Positions 1 to 8,507 of a stretch of DNA of 64,000 nucleotides are shown here, piece by piece (the stretch's first letter is position 1; every line of letters begins with the position of its first letter). The DNA is from a virus. The position numbers and the translations under genes were made by a program. The DNA lies in IMG/VR virus record IMGVR_UViG_3300005613_000019, positions 33,992 to 97,991 of that record, one strand, 5' to 3'. The notes beneath the pieces were generated by a model, which was given only the letters and a program-made list of their open reading frames with translations, made no database searches and was not told the DNA's origin.

Positions 1-274
1 CATATTGTGTTATTGCTCCAGTAACAACAGTAAGAGCAGAAGCTGCACCTTGTGAGGCACCACCTATATGAGTAGATGTAGAATCAAAAGGCGTACCGTT
101 CCATCTTCCACCTAACAAAATTTCATAAGTAAGATCATCGACCAAAACAGGTTGCGTTGATTTTACAGATATTGAAACATTTCTAAATGGCATACTGGAA
201 GGTGCATCCCACAATCTAGCAGTACCAGCTGCCGCTATAGAAAGAGTTTTTGTAATTTGCCTGTATTGACCCAT
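1..274 (-). CDS. Putative virion structural protein, partial (runs off window start)
   Basis: ATG at 274 with GGAG RBS; frame MGQYRQITKTLSIAAAGTARLWDAP... stays open to base 1; late-promoter motif upstream (314-337). Confidence 0.6.
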   Translation of the reverse strand, partial: MGQYRQITKTLSIAAAGTARLWDAPSSMPFRNVSISVKSTQPVLVDDLTYEILLGGRWNGTPFDSTSTHIGGASQGAASALTVVTGAITQY

Positions 275-313
275 AATAATCTCCTTTAAAAGTTAGATCT
301 ATACCGTTATTCT

Positions 314-337
314 ATTTTATCAGATTTATATTTGGAA
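314..337 (-). promoter_or_regulatory. Putative late promoter CCRA-N12-TAnnnT
   Basis: Minus strand TTCCAA-atataaatctga-TAAAAT; same arrangement at six other late-gene starts. Confidence 0.6.
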
Positions 338-353
338 AGTTAAATTTTAAGAA

Positions 354-1208
354 TTAAAGATCATCATCTTCTTCAGAAGTAAGATCATCAAGAAACTTAT
401 TAGCAAAGTTTTTAACGCTCTTATAAACACCCTTAGTAGAAATATATTCCCAATCTTCTAAAGAAAGTTCTGGTAAAAGCATTTCTAGTTCTTCTACAAA
501 ATCTCCAGCTTTAATCCTCATAGGACCTTGATCACGAGAAGCTTTATGACACAACCCTACAACAGTAGGATTAATCTCAATAGCTTTCTCAGCTTTTTCC
601 ATAGCATCCTCTAACTCTGAAGCACGTTGTCTTTGTAACCTATCAGAAGGCATTTCCTCCTTATTTTGCAACCCACTCTTAAGCTTAAGAGCCTTACCAA
701 GCTCATAATCAAACGTTGTATTATTTCTATCCGCAATACGTTCATAATATTCAATATACTCATCTTCAGTAATAGTTCTCAGAGCTTGAGGAGACCTAGT
801 AACTAACTTACGAAAATCAGGACTTGTTTTAATAACCTCAATAGGAACCTCATTGGTCAAATTATAAGGTCTTCGAGTCTTAGGAATAATAACATGATAT
901 TCATCACCACCTAATCCTTTAAAGGAAATAGATATTTGTGAATTAAGCATATTTTGAACAAAAATTTCAGAATTTTCAGTAAAATATTTAGAAAAATTAA
1001 CAATAAGTTTACTTCTTTTACTTGTCGTTTGTTTAGGAATAGTCATATAATCATCTCCAACTTCTCCCTTTAATTGTAAAATAAAAGGGTCACGGCAAAA
1101 CACTTTAGCTTTACCTTTTTTTATTAATATACGCGATTTAGCTGGATTTGTATAAGATAAAAACTTATTATTAGAATCTAATACAGGAATATTATTATCT
1201 TTACCCAT
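354..1208 (-). CDS. Post-capsid protein with N-terminal PLMP/RRXRR-like domain
   Basis: Residues about 7-47 (IPVLDSNNKFLSYTNPAKSRILIKKGKAKVFCRDPFILQL) follow the IscB N-terminal pattern; no RuvC/HNH motifs; internal GGAG-N7-ATG at MTIPKQ. Confidence 0.65.
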   Translation of the reverse strand: MGKDNNIPVLDSNNKFLSYTNPAKSRILIKKGKAKVFCRDPFILQLKGEVGDDYMTIPKQTTSKRSKLIVNFSKYFTENSEIFVQNMLNSQISISFKGLGGDEYHVIIPKTRRPYNLTNEVPIEVIKTSPDFRKLVTRSPQALRTITEDEYIEYYERIADRNNTTFDYELGKALKLKSGLQNKEEMPSDRLQRQRASELEDAMEKAEKAIEINPTVVGLCHKASRDQGPMRIKAGDFVEELEMLLPELSLEDWEYISTKGVYKSVKNFANKFLDDLTSEEDDDL

Positions 1209-1268
1209 ATTACCAGCCTTCGCTGACCTCTTACTTATAAAACATAAGTAAGGTTTAACTCTTTTTAT

Positions 1269-1321
1269 AAAATAAAGGACAACGGCCAGGGAAAGGAGGG
1301 GGAAACCTGACCGCTGCCCTT
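1269..1321 (-). terminator. Stem-loop/terminator after the capsid gene with a pyrimidine-rich loop
   Basis: 16-bp stem with 3 G-U pairs valid only on the minus strand; loop UUUCCCCCUCCUUUC; followed by UAUUUU. Confidence 0.65.
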
Positions 1322-1333
1322 AAAACCTAATTA

Positions 1334-2530
1334 CTACTTAGAACCCTTAGCAGCAGCTTTAGCATTCGGAGCACCAAAACCAACCATCTCAAGAAACACC
1401 CAACCTTTACGAGTCTCACCAAGAGCATACTTATTATAAGGCTCAGAAAACAGAGAAATACGTTCACCCATCTCACCGAGATAATCAGGGCCGGTACATG
1501 CATAAAAAGTTCCAGCAGGAATGACTTGCTCAACACCTGTACCTGCAGCCGTCAAGATCTGAGCATTTAACAGATTACCAATATGGCCAGCCAAAAGAAG
1601 CTCACGCTCACTAACTGGGTCAACTGCAGTAGACATATTCTTGATAATATCAGAAAGCTCAGCACGATTAATAAGAAATTGCTCTACCAAAAGTCTGTGC
1701 TGCTCAACTTGAAAACGAACATCCTCGAAAGCACCAACTCCCAAAGAAGCAAACGTAGTAGTAGTATTTACAGCAGTAGACAACCTATCAAGAAGATCAA
1801 TACCGAGCTTATCTTCTTGAAGTTCAATCTCCTGACGAGCTGTATCCTGAGCACGCTCCAGAACATCAAAGTTCATTTGATAAATGTCCATAATGTCGAT
1901 AGCCGGAAAAGATGTAATCTTTTGCTCATTCGGAGTGATCCATTTGGTCTTAATCTTGGCTTCAGGAGTTTGACCGTCCTGACCAATGGTATAAGCAACC
2001 GAACGGATGTCTTTCGGGATACGGAACAGTTCGGCCTGGCCGAGCTGACGTACACGATAGATCTTCCTCGAAAAACCCTCGTAATCAAGGATAGCCTTAA
2101 TCGGAAGAGCCAGCTCTTGACCAACCACTCGGAGTCCTTGCTCAGAAGGATCTTTAAGAGCGGCAGCCAAAATCTCACGGCGTTGATCCAAGGAGTAACT
2201 TGCAGATTCAGGAGTAGCAAAAGTCAGGCGACCTGCATTCCTCTTAGTATGGTTATTCAACAGATGAGAAACTTGAACAAGCGCATCACGCTTATCATAA
2301 GCATTAAGCTCACCATCAGAATCAAACATACGACGGGAAGTATCAGACGACGTAACGTTTCTACTAGAATCGTAGTCAAATCCTTGTGGGTTAAAAGTTC
2401 CATTCCCCTCAAAAAGAGATTCGTCTTGCTTATCAGCCATTTTCGTACGAGGACGAACAGCTAAACGACGAGGCTCTTTCGTTTCCTGAGAGGGTGTCTT
2501 TGATGCTAATTTTCTATACGGATTATCCAT
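1334..2530 (-). CDS. Major capsid protein (HK97 fold)
   Basis: 398 aa; follows protease-scaffold-decoration; capsid-like segments (FSRKIYRVRQL..RIPKD, FDVLERAQDTARQEIELQED); TAG-TAA double stop. Confidence 0.85.
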   Translation of the reverse strand: MDNPYRKLASKTPSQETKEPRRLAVRPRTKMADKQDESLFEGNGTFNPQGFDYDSSRNVTSSDTSRRMFDSDGELNAYDKRDALVQVSHLLNNHTKRNAGRLTFATPESASYSLDQRREILAAALKDPSEQGLRVVGQELALPIKAILDYEGFSRKIYRVRQLGQAELFRIPKDIRSVAYTIGQDGQTPEAKIKTKWITPNEQKITSFPAIDIMDIYQMNFDVLERAQDTARQEIELQEDKLGIDLLDRLSTAVNTTTTFASLGVGAFEDVRFQVEQHRLLVEQFLINRAELSDIIKNMSTAVDPVSERELLLAGHIGNLLNAQILTAAGTGVEQVIPAGTFYACTGPDYLGEMGERISLFSEPYNKYALGETRKGWVFLEMVGFGAPNAKAAAKGSK

Positions 2531-2548
2531 AATATATCTTCCTCTCTA

Positions 2549-3340
2549 TTAAATAACCGTTTTGATTCCGATATAAGGATCAGCCGGTGTAGGAATTTGC
2601 ACGCAATATCCAACGGTAGGACCCGAACCAATAGACGAATCAGTAACTAAACCACGAAGAACTTCAGCAGTAGTTCCTGCCAAAACAGCCCCATTAATAG
2701 CCCACGTAGCCGCTGGATCAAACATAGTTGTGTAAATGATAGATCCTGGACCATGAGCAACAGTAACTTTATCAGACTGAATAGTTACATCATCATCAAA
2801 GTTCCAAAAGTTCTTACCATCATCAAGCAATTGTTGAGCAGTAAGAGCGTACTGATAATTAACATACACGTATTCACCATCTGAAATCGTACCACCTCCT
2901 ACACGAGTTACAGTACCATTAGTATAGTCAACAGTATAATCGCTACCTCCACCCTCTGTGTACACTGTACCAGCAGCAGGGTCAGTAGCAACTCGCACTC
3001 CAGCCACTGCTCCAGCAGCTGTTCTAAGATTAGCATGTGCCAAACTAGTAGCCGTAGTACCATTCAATTGAATGTACTCTCCAACCACTGCTCCGTAAAG
3101 AGTCGTAGTCTTATTATACAGAGCCCACCCATAAGGCGAACCAGCTGAACCCAATAAGGCTCCTGTAGTTACATCAACGTTACCATTCGCATCTAACTGA
3201 ACAAGCATTCCAGCTTGAAAAGTAGCTGTGGAAGCAGCAACGTAATCGCCGAACGAGTTGATTACTTGAGAGCGCTGGTGGTCATATCCTCGCTCAATTG
3301 TGTCAACACGAAAGGCTTCTCGTCTAGGTTCTAGTGCCAT
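2549..3340 (-). CDS. Capsid decoration/cement protein
   Basis: Gly/Thr/Ala-rich beta protein between scaffold and capsid genes; FQAGMLVQL and C-terminal VGYCVQIPTPADPYIG. Confidence 0.6.
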   Translation of the reverse strand: MALEPRREAFRVDTIERGYDHQRSQVINSFGDYVAASTATFQAGMLVQLDANGNVDVTTGALLGSAGSPYGWALYNKTTTLYGAVVGEYIQLNGTTATSLAHANLRTAAGAVAGVRVATDPAAGTVYTEGGGSDYTVDYTNGTVTRVGGGTISDGEYVYVNYQYALTAQQLLDDGKNFWNFDDDVTIQSDKVTVAHGPGSIIYTTMFDPAATWAINGAVLAGTTAEVLRGLVTDSSIGSGPTVGYCVQIPTPADPYIGIKTVI

Positions 3341-3372
3341 TTCATATCTCCTCTTGTTAGGTTATCCTACAA

Positions 3373-5238
3373 CTATGCCTTTAGCCTCTTGAGAGCGTTA
3401 CTACGCTTACTCAATCTTGTGTTACCCATAGCTGCTCGAACTCCACCAACTAAATTATTATTTGTGGTAGAGGCATCAGGTCTACCAGTATTTACTTGAA
3501 AATTACCCTCTACAGCAGCCGTCTTTAAATTATCTCTAGACGCAGACTTAAAGGATTCTTCAGAAACTTCAACAGATTTAATATTAAGATTATTAAAATC
3601 AGACTCTAGGTCATTAAGATATTCATCAGATTTCTTCATAAGACCTGCAGTTCTCTCTAACAATATATCAACAAAATCTTCTTGGCCAGTAGAAGCTATC
3701 ATTTCAATAAGTTCACTCGCATCAGATTGCGGCATACCTATATAAGCATCACCATTAGCAAAATTTTGTTGATTAGCTAAAACGTCCATAGAAGCTGCTT
3801 TATAAGGGTTCTCGTCATAATTAAGCAACATTCTAGTAGAAGCAAGTTTAACACATTTTACAAATTTTTTAATAAATTTCTCATTAGCCTCTTTAGCTAA
3901 TTTTTTAGCTTTAGCTGTATAAAGCTTTTTAATATTAGCCTCTACACTCTGAAAATCAACATCAGAGCCTTCCTGAGAAGAATCAGCTGCTTGATCTAAA
4001 GACTCAGTATGAACAGTATCTTCACCTTTCAAAATACTATCAGGCTTACTATCATAATTAGGATCAGTAACAAACTCAGCATCAGATTCAACACCTGCAA
4101 TAACTTTATCATAAGTTTCCTTAGTATTAAACTCAGCACCATCAGGAATAGTCTCAGAAGGATCATCTAAATCATCTTTAACTAAGTCATCCCCATCTTC
4201 ATGTATCGGTTCAGAGGCTTCAGGCGTTAGCATCTCATCAAAAACCGGTTGAACATCATCATCAACACCCGCAATTAAAGTTGTATTAGCACGCTTAGCT
4301 GCAACTTTAGGACCCTCATAAATAATCCAACCATAGATTTGATTAGCTTTTCTCTTAAGATAATCTAAATTAGACTTATCTTTTGGTCTAGCAATAAAAA
4401 GAGGTTTACCCTCAAAAGAAGCTAAAATATCTCTTCTAGGAAGAACTCTAACAGTGACCTTAGAGGCTGTTTTAGGGTCTTTAATACCCATATACTTAAG
4501 ATTTGCATCTTTTTTATCTTCCTCTTTTTTATCTTCCTCTTTTTTATCTTCCTCTTTTTTATCTTCCTCTTTTTTATCTTCCTCTTTTTTATCTTCCTCT
4601 TCCTTCATCTGAGCAACTCTATCCAATAATTCTTCTTTATCAGATTTATCTAAGTCTTTCTTATCTTTCTTATCTTTCTTAAAATCGTCTTTCTTATCTT
4701 CCTTAAAATCGTCTTTCTTATCTTCCTTAAAATCGTCTTTCTTATCTTCCTTAAAATCGTCTTTCTTATCTTCCTTAAAATCGTCTTTCTTATCTTTGTC
4801 CATAGAAGGCTCCATATCAAATTCCAGAGGTTTAATATCAGGTTTAGAATCAATAACCTCTTCAACTGGATTTATTAATTTATCATCAGCAAAAGAACCA
4901 TCCATATCTTTATCAAGACAAGGAAGATCTGACTTCGTATTCATATCAGAACCAAGATCCAAACCTAATGAGGGTTTATCCGAATTAAACTTACCAGAAT
5001 CTTCCAAAAACCTAGAAACCATCATATAAGCATCATCAGGATTTTCAGACATCTTAAGGTCTTCCAACAACTTGTCAAAACCAGGAGGAGCCATCATCGC
5101 ATATTTACGACCAGCAGAATTCAAAAGATCCCTAGTCTCAGATTCAATAATAGATCTCTCAGAGGCTGTTAAAGAAGCTTTACCCTCTTCATGGATATTA
5201 AGAACAGTCTCAAACAGTTTTATCCTGTCAATACTCAT
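3373..5238 (-). CDS. Scaffolding/prohead core protein
   Basis: Highly charged D/E/K low-complexity protein between protease and capsid genes. Confidence 0.65.
   Translation of the reverse strand: MSIDRIKLFETVLNIHEEGKASLTASERSIIESETRDLLNSAGRKYAMMAPPGFDKLLEDLKMSENPDDAYMMVSRFLEDSGKFNSDKPSLGLDLGSDMNTKSDLPCLDKDMDGSFADDKLINPVEEVIDSKPDIKPLEFDMEPSMDKDKKDDFKEDKKDDFKEDKKDDFKEDKKDDFKEDKKDDFKKDKKDKKDLDKSDKEELLDRVAQMKEEEDKKEEDKKEEDKKEEDKKEEDKKEEDKKDANLKYMGIKDPKTASKVTVRVLPRRDILASFEGKPLFIARPKDKSNLDYLKRKANQIYGWIIYEGPKVAAKRANTTLIAGVDDDVQPVFDEMLTPEASEPIHEDGDDLVKDDLDDPSETIPDGAEFNTKETYDKVIAGVESDAEFVTDPNYDSKPDSILKGEDTVHTESLDQAADSSQEGSDVDFQSVEANIKKLYTAKAKKLAKEANEKFIKKFVKCVKLASTRMLLNYDENPYKAASMDVLANQQNFANGDAYIGMPQSDASELIEMIASTGQEDFVDILLERTAGLMKKSDEYLNDLESDFNNLNIKSVEVSEESFKSASRDNLKTAAVEGNFQVNTGRPDASTTNNNLVGGVRAAMGNTRLSKRSNALKRLKA
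4508..4797. repeat. Coding tandem repeats: 15-nt (EEDKK x6) and 24-nt (DDFKEDKK x5)
   Basis: Directly visible at about 4508-4600 and about 4668-4797. Confidence 0.95.
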
Positions 5239-5239
5239 A

Positions 5240-6151
5240 TTATTTACCTTTTTCTGATAGATAGTTATAAATTATACTAGCTAACGAATCAGGAATATCT
5301 TTGGCATACCTAGCCGTAAAAGAAATAATCTCTTGAAGATCTAAATCTTTGCCAGAAGCAGCCTTTCTTGCGATCTCTAGTATACCCTCTTGAATAACAG
5401 CCGTTTTATCAGCAGGATCAGCAACAGCCGATAGTTCCTGGTACACAGTACCCCTACAAAGCTCACCAGCTATTCGATAAGTACCGTCATTCATTTTGTA
5501 TTCTCTATTAGAATACTTGTTTCTAATATGATCACAAAATTCCCAAGTCGTAGTAGCAACATTACCACACACATTACAAACAGTGTCAGCAACATCAGCA
5601 CCCATTGAAAAAGTCTTAATAGCCCCAGATTTATAAGCATCAGCTAACGCAGGATCTTTTGTTTGATCAACAGCTAATACCACTTCAACAAAAACATCAT
5701 TATCAGGAGCAACACCAACAGACTTCATACAAGCCTCTTTAACTTCATCATCAGCAACATTTTCTAAATTCATATGAGAATCTAAAATAACGCCCCTAGC
5801 TACTTCATATCTAGAGGCGTTGTGCTCAACAAAATGAGGCTTATTATTATAAGTTTGATAAGTTCTACACCCAAGCTCTGGACGAAAAGCTACGCTTTCA
5901 TCAAAAGTCCAACCATCTAAATTAGCATTAAACCTTCCAACACTATTAGCTCTGGCAGGTATCAACAAATAATCTGAAGGGTCTCGACTTATCTTATATA
6001 CGTCGGCAACAGCATCAAGTCTCTCTTCTAGATCAATAGACCCACTCTTATTCATATAATAAGACTCAGTCTTAGTAGAAGAAATTTTATTCCAGGAACC
6101 TTTACTCAAAACTCCTAAAATCTCAACTGATGATATTTTCTTAAACGACAT
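5240..6151 (-). CDS. Prohead (capsid maturation) protease with Zn-finger insert
   Basis: HFVEHN, FSMGA, CNVCGN..CDH and ELSAVADPAD motifs; first gene of the capsid operon. Confidence 0.75.
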   Translation of the reverse strand: MSFKKISSVEILGVLSKGSWNKISSTKTESYYMNKSGSIDLEERLDAVADVYKISRDPSDYLLIPARANSVGRFNANLDGWTFDESVAFRPELGCRTYQTYNNKPHFVEHNASRYEVARGVILDSHMNLENVADDEVKEACMKSVGVAPDNDVFVEVVLAVDQTKDPALADAYKSGAIKTFSMGADVADTVCNVCGNVATTTWEFCDHIRNKYSNREYKMNDGTYRIAGELCRGTVYQELSAVADPADKTAVIQEGILEIARKAASGKDLDLQEIISFTARYAKDIPDSLASIIYNYLSEKGK

Positions 6152-6187
6152 ATACGTATGCTTATCCTTTTTGACAAACTATTTATA

Positions 6188-6211
6188 AGTATAATATAAA
6201 ATGTGTCGGGG
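6188..6211 (-). promoter_or_regulatory. Putative late promoter
   Basis: CCCCGA-cacattttatat-TATACT. Confidence 0.55.
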
Positions 6212-6272
6212 GATTAAAGTTTAATTTTTAAATTTTAACTAAAGGTAGGAAAAAACTTATAACACATTTGAA

Positions 6273-6704
6273 CTAATCTTTACCAAAAAGAAGTTTTTTA
6301 TTAGTCTCAAATCGTTTTACTGGAATACTAATATCTAAAATTCCATTATTAAATGAAACTTTTGAATTCTCTAAATCTAAATCCCTGTATACCTTAATCT
6401 CATGATGAAACTTACTCCTAAATTTCTCTGAAATATTTTCCCTAGAAGTATTATCAGCCATTATATGCAACTTATCGGCTTCATTCCATACTTTAATATC
6501 AGACTCATCGTACCCAGCTAAAGCAAGCTGAATACTCCAGCCCTTTAAAACATCATCATCACTATCTGGATCAATAATAGGAAACTTGTCCATAGGCGGC
6601 TTAGTTAATGTAGGCCAACTACCAAAAAAGTCGTTGAACAAACAATCAAAATCATTGAACAGGGAAGACATTCTTACGGTTGGATAAACGATTCTCGGTA
6701 ACAT
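6273..6704 (-). CDS. hsp20: Small heat-shock protein (Hsp20/alpha-crystallin)
   Basis: IQLALAGYDESDIKV and VSFNNGILDISIP motifs; 143 aa. Confidence 0.85.
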   Translation of the reverse strand: MLPRIVYPTVRMSSLFNDFDCLFNDFFGSWPTLTKPPMDKFPIIDPDSDDDVLKGWSIQLALAGYDESDIKVWNEADKLHIMADNTSRENISEKFRSKFHHEIKVYRDLDLENSKVSFNNGILDISIPVKRFETNKKLLFGKD

Positions 6705-6795
6705 AGTTACACCTCCATAAATATTTCGCTCGAATTTCGAGCTTCGTTAAGATCCTTAATATAAGGATCATGGTTGATGAATATCATCAAAAATT

Positions 6796-6820
6796 ATAAT
6801 ACTACAACTTAGTGTCGGAA
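6796..6820 (-). promoter_or_regulatory. Putative late promoter (13-nt spacer variant)
   Basis: TTCCGA-cactaagttgtag-TATTAT; shares CCGACAC with the 6188 site. Confidence 0.45.
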
Positions 6821-6823
6821 TTT

Positions 6824-7141
6824 TTAATTTAAATATTTTTCTATTATAGCCTCAAGACTGTCATCTAAATCAAAATAATTACTAGCTGTAATAACCCAAT
6901 GACCTGTACATATACGGTCCAATACAGACTTCATCCAATACTCTGAACCTAAACTTACATTAACAACGTTAAGCTTGTTAGCTTCCCTAACAAGCTTAAC
7001 CCCATTTATATACCTTACAGATGCCTCAAATGCCCTACGAAATGCCTCAGACTTTGACCTTATTATATAAGTAAAAGCAGTCATGTCATGAAACACGACT
7101 GCTTTGTTTATAAAATCATTACTCACTACGTAATACTTCAC
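6824..7141 (-). CDS. Hypothetical protein
   Basis: ORF with GGGAGG RBS in the portal operon. Confidence 0.6.
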   Translation of the reverse strand: MKYYVVSNDFINKAVVFHDMTAFTYIIRSKSEAFRRAFEASVRYINGVKLVREANKLNVVNVSLGSEYWMKSVLDRICTGHWVITASNYFDLDDSLEAIIEKYLN

Positions 7142-7316
7142 TGAAATCCCTCCCTACCTCAAAAGATATTACTTCCCTCAACATACCAAACATAATAAAA
7201 ACATCTATTAACCCTAAGACAACCTCAGAATTATAAACTATAAAATCGTCATCGCCCATAATAGAGTCTACTAATAAAAAACTTTTATCCCTTATCTTTA
7301 AACTTAAGTTCTCCAC
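7119..7316 (-). CDS. Hypothetical protein
   Basis: ORF track; packed in the operon. Confidence 0.45.
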   Translation of the reverse strand: MENLSLKIRDKSFLLVDSIMGDDDFIVYNSEVVLGLIDVFIMFGMLREVISFEVGRDFSEVLRSE

Positions 7317-7321
7317 AATAC

Positions 7322-7420
7322 TTATTTATCTTTCTTATCCTTCTTCTTAGAATCTTTATCTTCCTTTAAATCCTTTACCGGACCTAAAACCTTTCCATCA
7401 CCTTTACCAGTCTTCTTCAT
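7322..7420 (-). CDS. 32-aa Lys/Asp-rich micro-protein
   Basis: MKKTGKGDGKVLGPVKDLKEDKDSKKKDKKDK; ATGA overlap with the upstream gene; below the ORF-track cutoff. Confidence 0.45.
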   Translation of the reverse strand: MKKTGKGDGKVLGPVKDLKEDKDSKKKDKKDK

Positions 7421-8502
7421 AATACTCTCTCCATAGTCTCTACATCAAAATATACACCGTCAACATCTACTACCTTCCTACCATCAAGATAGTAGATGTC
7501 ACCATCTACTATCTTTCTCTCGATAATAGAATTAGACAACTCCTCGTAATTATCACTCGATAACCACTCAACTAAATAATCAATAGGTGAATATGAACCA
7601 TAATACATATTATGTACATATAATACTCCACCATCCTCAACTATTACTTCACTAGTTAAATTCTTGAACTTCCCCCTCAAGTTTATAAAATGAACTTCTT
7701 CCAAACTACTGTTTGGAAGAAGTTCTACTAAGTCTACTAAATACTCAGTAGGAGCATTTATAACCTTAACATCACCTATAAAAACAGATCTATTATCTAT
7801 CTCTAAACCATTAACCTTAGACCGATCCCTTATCACAGGTATAAACTCACCTAAACAATTTCCATGTATTAAATACCTGCCAGATCCAAAAAGATCACAT
7901 AAACTAAATACACTGTAAATATTACCGTTGAAAGCACTACATAAAGGACACCCATCTAAACACTTAAACTTGCACTCCGTAAAGCCTAAATCCTTTAAAG
8001 ACATTAACTGAGCTAAAGAATCTATTATCCCATGATCTATGCCAACACTACTAGTTAAGTACTTTACCATGTACTTCTCATTTGAAGACACTATTAAATC
8101 AATCTCCTTAAAAGCTACACCAGTTAACTTCTTAGACTTTATCTCTAAAAAATTGTAATTGGATAATATTCTTCTCTTTACTTCAACATAATGATCAAAA
8201 TATTGACCATTTCCTAAACAACTGTCCTTAGCATACTCACATAAATCATCAGTTAAACCATTATCATATAACTCAATGTCCGGCTTGTTAACTAAATCTT
8301 TGTAAGAGTGTATTCCAGATAATTGAAAATTTAAACGACCTCTAGGCTTGTCTACCCTAGACATTAACTCCGCTGAACCATCTCCTACCAAAAAACTGTC
8401 AAATTCCTTTAACTCTTCAACTTCAGGATATGAATCTAGCATATCCTGAAGTTGCTTGTCTAATAACTCTTTAGATAATTCCCCACACTTTTTAACATCC
8501 AT
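7417..8502 (-). CDS. Head morphogenesis/minor capsid protein (SPP1 gp7/Mu gpF-like)
   Basis: Directly after portal; CPLC..NGNIY...IHGNCLG resembles the CxxC...HPNCRC motif. Confidence 0.55.
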   Translation of the reverse strand: MDVKKCGELSKELLDKQLQDMLDSYPEVEELKEFDSFLVGDGSAELMSRVDKPRGRLNFQLSGIHSYKDLVNKPDIELYDNGLTDDLCEYAKDSCLGNGQYFDHYVEVKRRILSNYNFLEIKSKKLTGVAFKEIDLIVSSNEKYMVKYLTSSVGIDHGIIDSLAQLMSLKDLGFTECKFKCLDGCPLCSAFNGNIYSVFSLCDLFGSGRYLIHGNCLGEFIPVIRDRSKVNGLEIDNRSVFIGDVKVINAPTEYLVDLVELLPNSSLEEVHFINLRGKFKNLTSEVIVEDGGVLYVHNMYYGSYSPIDYLVEWLSSDNYEELSNSIIERKIVDGDIYYLDGRKVVDVDGVYFDVETMERVL

Positions 8503-8507
8503 CTTAG

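Noticed and set aside
354-1208. Intact IscB nuclease
   Set aside because: Only the PLMP segment is present; there is no RuvC-I GID.G, bridge helix or HNH motif.
1583-2464. 293-aa + strand ORF and other antisense ORFs (e.g. 8551, 11333, 16059, 46602, 55496)
   Set aside because: These are shadow frames opposite well-supported genes, with no RBS or motifs.
4650-4865. Alternative-frame repeat ORFs (RKTILRKI; also 50246-50470 RLRIRLR)
   Set aside because: They are by-products of tandem repeats read in another frame.
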